DNA from: Thalia democratica
Taxonomy: Eukaryota
Length of the DNA: 64,000 bases
Reading direction: 5' to 3'
Assembly: GCA_965202585.1 (NCBI GenBank)
Contig: OZ241829.1
Coordinates: forward strand, 18,042,001-18,106,000
Shown here: positions 28,520 through 40,400 of the stretch, piece by piece
Position numbering within the stretch: the first letter of the stretch is position 1
How the letters are laid out: every line of letters begins with the position of its first letter
Notes under the pieces: generated by a model
Told to the model about the DNA's origin: nothing
Database searches by the model: none
The model's input: the letters and a program-made list of their open reading frames with translations, nothing else
Program-made: the position numbers and the translations under genes

Positions 28520-29235
28520 TAGTTTAATAAGATATAAGTTAAAGTTAACCCTTTAAATATTTCTGAATTTAGTAAAAGTTGGAATGTTTCGGTTTAATGT
28601 TGGATAACAGTCGAGATTTTGTGTTTGTAGTTTCATGCAGAAGATAATTGTAATAAATGTAAGTATAAAAAAATGCTAACTTATATGTGTGGCTGATGAA
28701 TTTGAAAAAAAGAGTGGACTTACACAGCTTCAACGAATAAAAATAGAGAAAAATCGTCTTGTGCGATTTTTCGTGGCAAAATTGTTATAACTGGTGGTTT
28801 GATTAATGAAGTTCTAGGTAGTCGTGCATATTCCACCGACCGTTTAAAATCTGTTGAAACATATAGCTTTCATGAAAATAAATGGACACTTCTTCCTGAT
28901 ATGTTAAAAGAAAAGCTGGTCATAGCACTGTAAGCATGGGAAACAAAATGTTTGTGATTGCTAGATGTTTTAGCACTAGTTGTGAAGTATTTGATAGTGT
29001 TTCCAATAAGTTTACATCTCTAAATGACATTCCGCATATAGAAAACAATGACTATTATTCGTCTAAAGTTGATGGTATCACTGTCGGTTATAAAATTTAT
29101 GTGTTTAAAAAAGTTTTACACATTAAGCGAAAAAGAAAAACTTCAACTTTTAATTATGACGTAAAAGAAAATCTTTGATCTCTGCAGACAACACTGAATA
29201 AATTGATGATCGTAGTTGCGCAAAGATGTTTAAAC
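28520..29235 (+). pseudogene. Kelch-domain gene copy K8 (duplicate of K5)
   Basis: ORF MGNKMFVIARCFSTSCEVFDSVSNKFTSLNDIPHIENNDYYSSKVDGITVGYKIYVF. Upstream repeats are frameshifted. Confidence 0.75.
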
Positions 29236-29883
29236 ATTGAAATAATTAATAGTTATTAGATTTCTTTTGTTAAGTAGCTTTTTGCACATGACTTCTTGTA
29301 CAAAATTTTGTATTAGTTTTGATTGTTAAAGTTTCCATTTGAGGTCTTTTACTTAAAATAAAGTTGCCTTACTCATGTTTTACTCATATTTCAATAATGG
29401 TTTCTTATAAAGTAAAACTATAATACGAACTTATATTTGAAGTTTAATTATGTAATTCAAAAATTAAGTTTTGTACAGCATTGAAACTTTTGTCTTCATA
29501 ATACTTTGTATTAATTTGGTTTGATGGGCGGATAAGTGATAAAAAACATCAAAGTGTTATACTAAGTACAAGTTATTAAAATTTAACGCTTTATACCAAG
29601 TGTTTCATTTTGTTTAAACTATCTAAAATTACCAAATGGTTGATGACCTACAGGACACAACATCGTTTTGTCCTATAGATATGTTTATAATACCTTTTAC
29701 TTCTTTTTATTTTATTAGGTTTCTTACTACCACAGTTTTTGACTTAAGGTGTCAATTTTAGGTATTTATTTAGAAGAATAGACTATGCTTAAAATAGAAC
29801 TTTTATATAACATTTGTTTAATTTTTTAGGTAAACTTACATTTTTGTTTCCTTAACATATCACTTACTTAAAGTTTAAGATCC

Positions 29884-30892
29884 CATCACATTAGTTCACA
29901 ACAGTACAACTATCAAATCACAATAGATCAAAACAATACAACTAAAATACCAAAGTAGACCCCAACACTACAACTATCACATCACAGTAGATTGCAACAA
30001 TACAACTAGCACATCACAGTAGACTGCAACAATACAACTATCAAATCACAGTAGATCGCAACAATACAACTAAAATACCAAAGTAGACCCCAACACTACA
30101 ACTATCACATCACAGTAGACCGCAACGATACAACTATCACATCACAGTTGATTGCAACGATACAACTATCACATCACAGTAGACAGCAACGATACAACTG
30201 TCACATCATATTAGATTGCAACAATACAACTATCACATCACAGTAGATTGCAACAATACAACTAGCACATCACAGTAGACTGCAACGATACAACTATCAC
30301 ATCAAAGCTGTTTAAAAGTATAATGTAACTCTTGACGCAGCTCCATAAAAAACGAGCATTAATTTAGAACTTATTAAATGATTTCCCTGCTCAAAATGAA
30401 AATTTGAAATAGATTTTATTTAGTGTAAAAATAAAAATCTAACAGCTATATTAGTATTTGACAAACATAGAATATAAAACCTTTAATATTAATTTTTGTC
30501 AATTAATACTATTTGAAATTATAAACAATTATTTTTTTTTCACGTTGTATTGAACATTTTACAAATTACACTATATAATCATGACTTAAAACTAAAAAAA
30601 TTTCTAATGTATGCTTAAACCAAATTTTAGTGTACAACTATTTGTGACTGTTGTCCGTAACACTATTGAGCTACAAATATCAAATCCCTGTTGTTAAATT
30701 ATTCAAAAAAGCCATATTTTTGACTAAACTCTCTAAAAATTCAGTATTTTTTACAGTTGTCTTACGTTTACATAAATGTTTTTCTAAATGTCTTGGTTGA
30801 TTTGAAGTAACCGTCGGATAGCTTTTTTTAATAATTTTTATCTACGTGTTTGTATCGTAGCGATCTACTGTGATGTGATAGTTGTAACATTG
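29884..30892. mobile_element. Foldback-like element, copy F (duplicate of D; left array longer, right array reduced)
   Basis: About 13 units at ~29884-30306, the same spacer as D, and only 1-2 reverse units at ~30860-30892. Confidence 0.65.
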
Positions 30893-32400
30893 TACGTAAC
30901 TTGTATATATTTCGACCGATATTGTAACAATGCTTGAACATAACAGAAACTTAAAGTATGTTAAAGTTTTTTGATAAAAACTTTAATTTAATTCAAGTTT
31001 TATTTAAGTTAACAAAAAGATTTTTTGCTCAGTTAAAAAAAAAGCTCATTGATTTTGTAAATATACTTAAACTAACGGTTTTAGTTTTCACTGATGATGT
31101 ATTTAACTTAGTTACTGTTTTGTGTTGCATTAAGATTAATTTTAATTGATCTTAATTTTAATAAACTGGTAGTATAACTCACTTGTATATATAAACACGG
31201 AAACACGGACTATAAATCCGTTTCTGTGATAAAATTGAAAGCTAGTTTTATTTATCTTTATTATACGTTTGTAATTTCTTTAAAATTTAATTGATATTTA
31301 ATTATTTCTTATAAATTTCATAAAAATAACAGACAGTTATAAGTTTTAATTCAGCTAAAAAAATTATAAAAAAGTAAGTGCGTCATACTCAAGGTATATT
31401 TCGTATTTATTTAATGTTACTTTTTTAGAATACAATGTTTTAAATAGAATGTATTGTTTTTACAGAAATACAAACTTAATCATTTTAAAACAAAAAAAAC
31501 ATACTCTTAATACAATATGTTTTATTTTGGAAACTGCATTGATATTTGATAATTATATAACAAAAAAAAACGTAACTAATTCTTTTAGATTAAAGTATTT
31601 GTTTAAAAGAATTTAAAAACATTTAAACATTTACTGTCACTTTAAAATGAGTTTATAAAAAAACAGATATAAAACAGTACTTACTTTTTAAAATTTACAA
31701 TTTTGAAAATTTATATACAACAGCTTCATTAAGCCAGAGTTGTTTTATAAAAATGATAAATTTTAATATTGAAGTAGCCTTTCATAGGACTACTTTATTA
31801 CTTGTTTTTTGTTATTATTACCTTAAAAGCAAGAATGTTATAATTAGATTTTAAAAAGAATATTTTAAAGAGTTTCATAAATTTTTATAAATATTTGATA
31901 AACATGTTCAAACTCTTTCAAGATTTACTGAATTAATTATTTTAGATTATTTTAATAAAATGCTTATTTAAAGTAAGTAATTCTATATTCAATGAAAACT
32001 ATAAATAGAAAATAATATAAAATTTAGTTTACGACAACTGTGTACTATATGTTATAAAATACTTAGTTGTAATACTATTTAAGTGTTATTAATAAAATGA
32101 AATTACGAGCTTTCGTCTTCTCGATGGTTTAACTATTTAGATTTACTTGAATACCAGAAATTTTTCTAATAACCTCATATATAAAATGTAACAAAATAAC
32201 TAATGTACTGCAAAAAGATTCAATCAAACAGGTTAATTAATATTGAGCAATATATTTTTTTTATATAATATAAGATAACATAAAAAAATTTATTTAACTA
32301 AATTTAATTTCAAGACTCAACTTTTTTCTTATAGTCTTAAACAAATAACAACTTGCTGTATGATCAGAACCTAAAAATTAGAACTTTTAAAATTTTGCAT

Positions 32401-32935
32401 CTTTTAAATAATTTAATAACAGGGATTTTATAATTATAGCTCAATAGTGTTACGGACAACAGTCATAAGTAGTTTTAGACTAAAAGTTGGTTTAGGCATA
32501 AATTTTAAAAATGTTTTACTTTTAAGTTATGATTATTTAGTTTAATTTGTAACAATACTAGCAGAATTAATTTTCGACTTTTTTGATAATTTTAAATGAA
32601 ATTAATTACACTAACTTATATCAAAGTACTATTTTTATTTGTCGAATAATAATATAACTGTTAGATTTTTTATTTTGCTTTAAAACCAATTTATTTCAAT
32701 CTTTATTTTTTTGAAATAGAAAAATATTTGCTAAGTTCTTACTAAATCAATGCTCGTCTTTTATAGAATTGCGTCAAAGATTAGTTCACATTAAAACAAC
32801 TGTGATGTGATATTTGTCTCGTTACCTGAATGTTATAGTTATATTGTTGTGATCTACTGTCATGTGGATGGCTGTAGTGTTTCAATCTGATGTAATGTAT
32901 AATTTTTATCGTTCCGATGTACTGTGATCTTGTAC
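32401..32935. mobile_element. Foldback-like element, copy G (partial; left array deleted)
   Basis: Spacer and reverse array colinear with 21180-21790. The left part was lost in the deletion at ~32400. Confidence 0.55.
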
Positions 32936-33544
32936 TTTGTTAATGAAACAAACTTAAAATGAGCAAAACTTACAATAAAGTTTATAAAATGTTGTAACGT
33001 TGTTAATTTATCCTATTTTTTAATTTATATATAAATTAAGTCTTAGTTGTTAAACTTTGCTAGAGATTTAAAAAAAGTTTAGTAATAAGCTAAACAACTA
33101 AAAATTACTAATAAAAGTAGATACTGTCTTTAACTATTTAACATTTTTATTAATTTCACTTATAAAATGTTACTTTTTATGACATATTTTAATTTCTTCA
33201 GCGATTATTTTATGAATTTTTATACAGATTTTACTCAACCTACAGATACTTCAAAGTGAACAAGCTCAATTTATTTTTTTTTTAGGCTCAATGTCTAAGA
33301 TACTGTCAAGTTTTAAAAAACTAAATTATACGCTCGCTCGATTAGTTTTAAACAAATCATTTGTGTATAAAACCATCTTAAGTTTACAACAATTCAATGA
33401 TAAATGTAATATGTTTATAATTAAACAAACTCAGAAAAAAAAAATTATTTGTTCAAACCAAACAAGTACTTTAAACGAGCAGTCATATACAAAAACCAGT
33501 TTAAGTTAAAAAATTATATCAATTTTGAACTTCAATTTTTAAAT

Positions 33545-34495
33545 ATCTTTGAGCAACTAAAATAATCAAAACATTCACGGTCGCAGATATCTTTAAAATT
33601 CAAATATTTTTTCTTTACGTTACAACAAAAAGTTGAAGTTCTTCATATTTTTTAATGAGTAAAATATTTTGATTTGCTGCTTGAAACACATAAACTTTGT
33701 AACCGTCAGTAATCACATCAACTTTTTACAAATAAAAGAAAATGCTTTCTATTTTTGGAATGATGTTTATAGATGTAAATGAATTTGAAATACTATTCAA
33801 TACCTCACAATTACTGAAAAACAATCTAGCTTTCACAAACATTTTATTTTCTATGCTTGCAGTGCCATGACCAGATCTTTCTTGTAACATATTAGGGAGT
33901 TGTGTCCATTTATTTTTATGAAAGCAATATGCTTCAACAGATTTTAAAATACCACCAGAACGACAAGTAGTTACTCAACCACCAGTTACAACAAGTTTGC
34001 CTTGAAAAACTGTACAAGATGAGTTTTCACCGTTCTCAGACATTGAATTTATATAAGTCCATTTATAAATTTTGGTATAATACGTCACACAAAATTTAAT
34101 AGATACATGATTTCTTTACCACGAATTACAAATATCTTCTGCATAAAACTACAAACACTTAACGTTGACCGCTCATCTAAAAATTGAGGTGAAACATTCA
34201 AGCTTTAAACGGATTCAGAAAATTTAATAAATAAAGTCTTTTGCTTATACTTACTAAATAGATGCAAGTTTGAGCCACCAACAACTAATTTTGATTTACG
34301 ATTAGTTTTCGGTAAAGAACAAACGGGTTTGCTACTTTTAAAATTTGTCAAATTTAAAGGAAGTTTTAGCAATTTAATGATTCTATCTTTGCTAACAACT
34401 ATATTGATGTCTTTTTGAGCGCAATACCTTGCTTGATACAAATTAGTAACTGAAGATTTAACTGTTTGATATACTATTTAACTGTCTGATTTCAT
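33545..34495 (-). pseudogene. Kelch-domain gene copy K9 (near full length, in-frame stops)
   Basis: MKSDS*...LYQARYCAQKDINIVVSKDRIIK...KLVVGGSNLHLFSKYKQKTLFIKFSESV*SLNV...DERSTLSVCSFMQKIFVIRG, followed by further kelch segments to ~33600. Confidence 0.75.
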
Positions 34496-35869
34496 TAAAT
34501 TTTTTTGATACAAATAGACTGAAAAAAAACTTGTTATTTAATAATTAACAACTTACTTATTGAATTTAAAGAAATTATATTCTATTAATAAAGAATTTTA
34601 ACACTTTTCATTATTTTACTCATTTTAAAAAGTTGTATTAATAGTACACACACTTTATTAAAACTATACATGGTTAAAACGATGGTGCTGGTTAAACTTC
34701 AAAAAATTTAAAAAAGTTTGTAACCTTGTTGTCTTACTTTAAAATACAACAAACTAGTTAAACGTATATTTTAAACAAAATATAAATCACCAAACTTAAA
34801 GAACAGGCAGATAACTAAAAGCAAACAATTTAAGCTAATATTAAGTTAACCGTTTCACTGGTTTCATTATTTTATTATATAATGATGATGCGTTTTATAT
34901 TTAATTACCAAAAAAGTAGTTATAAGTCACGAAATGAATCTCATTCAAAACTTCTAAATTAAAACTTATAAAATATAACTTTAGTATGCTATTCATTTGT
35001 AAGTAAACCTGGCTTAGAAAAAATCATTTAGATTTTGTTGAGCTACTAAACGGTTTTAATAATTCACTGCTATAAAAGCGTTTAAGGTTAAAACCTCAAA
35101 TAAAGCATATCCTTTTAGCAAAGAGTTTAATTGAAAAAGAAGTTGGTGTTATGTATTTATACAGTGTGAGCAAATATATATTTAATTTTTTGTAAATTAA
35201 TTTGGTGTTATAAGTACTTTCAAAGGACAAAATTGTGTTTTGTCTTAAATAGGTCATCCAACCACTTAATCGTTTTAAATATTAAACAAAGTACAAAAGT
35301 ACAAAATAAAAAATACTTAGTTTTCATCATTAAAGTTTTAAAATTCAAAATTAGTATAAACGTGAATCTCGTGAATTTTTGACACTTATGCATCAAATTA
35401 ATACTAACTATTTCTAAGAAAAAAGTTCTAACGCTATACAGAATTAAAATTAATAATGCTACAAAATTTCTGGAAAAGTATGTTAAAATTTGTTTAAACT
35501 AACTTCTTCTATGAACTTGAAACCTTTAATTGAAAGTTTCACAAAATGTTTTGAAGAAAAACTATTAGTTAGGAAGTAAGGCACTTGTTTTCGGAGTGAG
35601 CGTAAATTTTGCAATTATGTTTTTTAATTTGTATAATGTTTCCAAAAATAATGATAAACACTGTGTATAGTAGCAATATGTAACAATTTTACAAGTGTTT
35701 TTTTAATGGTAAAAACTTTTAGTGTTATTTATTTTGGTCCCGAATTCATGTTTTAGTGAGAATCGGAAAACTTAACAAACGAAAAATTTTCCACATAATT
35801 ACCAAATAGATACAATTAAGAGCCACTAGTTAAGAGCCGACTAACTTTGAATCAATATTAGTTTCAAGT

Positions 35870-36050
35870 AAAGAACAAACAAAATTGCTACTTCTAATTT
35901 TCTCAAACTGAAAGGAGGTTCTAACATTATAATAATTCCATATTTACTAACAGTTATACTAATGTCTTTTTTGGCACAATACCTTGCTTGATACAAAACA
36001 GAAAATTGACCACTTAACTGTTTTTCACACTTCATACTGAATAGATTCTA
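35870..36050 (-). pseudogene. Kelch-family copy K10 (5' fragment only)
   Basis: MKCEKQLSGQFSVLYQARYCAKKDISITVSKYGIIIMLEPPFSL matches the start of K1/K3/K9. Confidence 0.6.
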
Positions 36051-36263
36051 CAACACTAAAGTATCTATGAATTAAACAAAAATAAAAGTAACCTTTATTA
36101 TAAAACATAAAAAGTATTTATACTGAGTATATATAATCAAGAAAATTCTAGAACTTTTAAGAAATTTAATGAAATTTTACTTATTTTTCATTTTTAATAA
36201 CAAAGTTGAAATCCAACTTCTACAGCAATTAAACTTTATCAATTTCAAAATAGTCTTTATATA

Positions 36264-37210
36264 CAACATTTCTGCATAATATTAATATAAAACTATATAA
36301 TAAAGCTACCTAGCTAACAAGTTTAAATTTCTTTTTCTTTATTTGTTGGAAAATTCTTAGTGCTCTCTCATAAAAACTTAAGCTTTACATCGAACAGAAA
36401 TACACTTACTTTACGTTGTCATGTTTAAGTTTAAATAATTTTAACAGGATATCAAGTTGCACTTGATTACTGTTTAGATTTGGTTGGAAGTTTTGAGCTA
36501 AAATTTCATTCAAGCGGTTAAGAAAAAGCTCGCAAGGTCAAGTTTTATACTGATGCAAGTTTGATACAGTTAAAAAATAAAAATAAATAAACTGCAGACC
36601 AGAAATTACTGTTATAATGTTGCATAAATTAAGAACGCTGCTATATAAATCAGCCACAGAAAGCAGTTGGGGGATTCTAGCTACAGATGAAGAATAGACA
36701 TTTATATTGTTTTCTTGTGTTTTATAAAGTGTTTTTTAATTAGTGTTATTTCTATAAGTATTTCTTATTTACATTCTAAGTAATGTGTTTTATACATTCT
36801 TAAAGTATATTCTTGCCAGATTAAATCTTGTTTAAAAGTTTTGACCACATTTAAATTGTTTTCTAAATTTGATGTTCTTTATATATTTGTTAGTGTTTTT
36901 ATGTTTTTTATATAAAATATGTTAATTTATGTCATGCCTAAATTTTAATAGAATAGCCCTAAGTGTTATTGAATATAAGCATTTATTAGAAGTTAAGTTT
37001 ATGATCTAAAGGTACCTACATCTATATGTTACACAAAAAATCTAAACATACAACATCTCTGCATAATATTAGTATAAATCTATATAACAAAGCTATCTAG
37101 CTAAAAAGTTTAAATTTAATTTTCATTATTTTTTTATAACATCTTAATGCTCTCTTAAAAAAAATTAAGCTAAACAATGAACAGAAATACACTAACTTTA
37201 TGTTGTTATG
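36264..37210. repeat. ~155-bp diverged direct repeat (36264-36422 and 37051-37210)
   Basis: caacat(t/c)tctgcataatatta(a/g)tataaa...gaacagaaatacact(t/a)acttt occurs in both. Confidence 0.6.
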
Positions 37211-39609
37211 TCAAGAAAACTATAAAGTTTGACAAATATATGCCTAGCACAAGAATGCATAATGTTTAGTTTAAAAATTGTTAAACGTTATACAAGAAAC
37301 AGTTGAAAAAGAATGTTCGTATTGTTTATTGTTTTTGTTCAACTATAATTTATAATACACAATTACACATAATAAAAACTGTTATTTTATCAAAATTATA
37401 CGTACTTTCCTATTTCTAGGTGAACACTATATTTAATGTTTGTATTAGTTAATAATTGAAAAAAAAATTGTTTAAGGGTAGAAGTTTGCTACTAACCTAG
37501 TTAAAATAATCATAAACTTTTTATTAGAAACGACGCATTTATAGTTTAAAACTACCATTATATTTATTATTAGTTTATTTTATGTTTAAAACTTATTGAA
37601 AAACCTTTCTTAATTCGTTCTGTAGACTAAAATGTTTGTTCTTTATCATTATTATTATATTTAAATCATTATTCCTTATAACTAAAATCAATTATTGATT
37701 TTATTTTAGCTTACCTGTTTATACTTTATTCAATAATTCAATGTTTGAAGAAAAAAAAGGGAAGGGTAGTATAGTAAGTGTACTCTGTCAAGCAAAAAAT
37801 AATTATAAAAAATTATAAAAAATCAATTATGGACTTCATTTTTAGGTAAAGAAATATATTTCTTTTAAGCTAAATTCAAGTTTAAGTTTAGTTTTGTTAC
37901 AAGTGAGTACTACTCATTGAGTATTAAACTTTATCAAACTATAAAAACTCTTCTTAAATGTAAATATTAACATGCTGAAATAATATACGTATTAAAAAAA
38001 TGCAATGATTGAAAATACAAGCTTTTTTAAGGGCGATCAAAGTATTTAAAATATTATTTTGACTAAAAATACCTCTTGAAAAATCATGATTTTACTCAAC
38101 ATTATTAATTGATACGAAAAAACAATAAAATGCTAAGTTTACAAAAATATCTAGGTAACCTATGTTTTAAAGTTTATGTATAAAATATTTCTATCATTTC
38201 GAATGAATTACTTGTAATTGACTCTGTTAGTCAGAAGTAACAGTAGTTGGTAATCTAATATCACTATATAACGAAGTATAAGATATTATTACGATTTATT
38301 GTCTTGTAGGTTGTCTAATAACTTATTATTTTGTACAAAATCAGAAACTTAATTCTCAATGTCAATGTTTTAACAATTTAAAATTAGTATAAAAGTCATT
38401 ACTATGCACTCTTGACACTTATGCATCAAATAAATCAATAAAAAGTATTACAAAAACAAAAGTTCTAATATTATTCAAAATTATAAATTAAAGTGTTCAA
38501 AAGCATTAATAAAAAGTTTTTAGAATTTATTGAAGTAAAAAACTTGATCTATGAAATTAAAAATACTTAGATGTTTTGTATTACGACTCTTAATAAGATA
38601 GTAATGCACATGATTTTGAAACAAACATAGAGTTTACAATTTGCTTTACGATAAATTTACAGAATATATTAAAAATAGTATATTATTATAATAATATATT
38701 AGTATACCAAGCACGAATTGAACTATACTAAACATGTAGTGTTAAAGTTGCAGTAGATAAACATAGAAATTACTGTTTATTGATACATTTTAAAATAAAA
38801 GAATTTATGTTCAAAAATGTAACAAAAGCTGTCGTAAGCAACAAACATTTAATTACCATAATGAGGTTATTAAGTTTTTTTGATATGTTTAGCATTATAA
38901 AACAAACTATAAATACATATCACGATAATTTTAGATTCTAAATGCGTAATTTCTTGTAAACGGGTTATAAGCATTTTTACTTTTACTAAGACAGTAGGAA
39001 AAATCTACACTAAAATGAACTAATTATATTAGTAATCAACTAATAGAAACGTTAATTTAGTGTGTATCTAGGGACAGCAGGGTACATATATTTATTATAA
39101 AATAACAGTTTGTATTAATTGTTATTATATATAACATATTTTAGTTAAAAAAAAACAAAACTTTCATTTTCAACCGTTTCTTGTTAAACGTTTAATAATC
39201 TTCATAATAAACTATAAGAATTCTGGTGCTGAGAAAAAGTTTATTAACGTTTTATAGTTGGCCTCTTGACATAAGAATATAAACTAAAATAACTTGTGTT
39301 TATCGTTTGTAATAAGTTTTTATAAGAGAGCACTAAATTCTTTCAACCGTTGTTAAAAATTTTGAATATAATTGTTTTTTGCTCGATAATTTTGTATTAT
39401 CATTGTTTCGTGTATAAAATTAGTGTTAAAAAGAAATGTTGGACGAAAATATTTTATTTATATTTTCTTTTGTAAAGTTATTATGGAAGTTATTGAATTA
39501 TAAATCCCAAAATTAGTTAGTTAATAAATAAATAACCAATAAAACTAATGAAGCAATTAAACTTATTTGTACTTGTAGTATTTTTCTTAATTATGTTTTT
39601 CGTATTTAA

Positions 39610-40400
39610 TTTTAAGCTAAGTCATTTAGTAACAAGTTTTTTTCTTGTCGTTAATGGTACTGATTTGTATCTTTTTGATAAGTGTGAGCAAAATACTTCA
39701 TTTCTAAAGTTTTCTGAATCTATTAAAAGCTTGAATTTTTTGCCTTCATTGTTAAATGAGCGGTCAAGATTTAATGTTTGTAGTTTCAGGCAGAAGATAT
39801 TTGTAATTAGCGGAGTTAAAAACAACGGGTCTGTAAACTGTTGTATGGTTCATGTTGGCTAAAGTAAGGAGTTGAATCAAATAGCTTTTATAAATGAAAA
39901 GAGAGAGGATACTTCTTCTACAATTTTTCAAGGTAAAATTGTTATCACTGGAAGTTAGACTGAAAGTCGTGCATTTTTTGGCGGGTTTTTAAAATCTGTT
40001 AAATCAAATTGTTCTCATGAAAGAAAATGGGCACTACTCCATAATATGATACAAGCAAGATGTGGTCATTGCACTGTAAGCGTAAGAAATAAAATATTGG
40101 TAATTGCTAAACTATTTAGCAATAGTTGTGAAGTATTTGATATAATTTTAAATAGTTTATATAAATGAAAAAAATCCATATATAGAAAACATTGACTACT
40201 TTTCGCTAAAAATTGGTGCGATTATTGTTGAATATCAATTTTTAAGCTTCAAGCAGTAAAACATAAATCTTTAGACGTTAAGCAAAAAAAGTAGGATTTC
40301 ATCATTTTATTATGACGTAAAAGAAAAATCAGGAACTTCTGATGGTTTTTGTAACCCTGAATACTTCGATTTCTTAAGTTGTGCAAAGATGTATAAACAT
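39610..40400 (+). pseudogene. Kelch-domain gene copy K11
   Basis: DLYLFDKCEQNTSFLKFSESIKSLNFLPSLLNERSRFNVCSFRQKIFVISG, then stops. Downstream flank (~41350-41700) is paralogous to that of K5/K8. Confidence 0.75.

Noticed and set aside
36635-36660. GCTATATAAATCAGCC as a kelch-gene promoter
   Set aside because: No adjacent ORF or other supporting signal, and TATA-like strings are abundant here.
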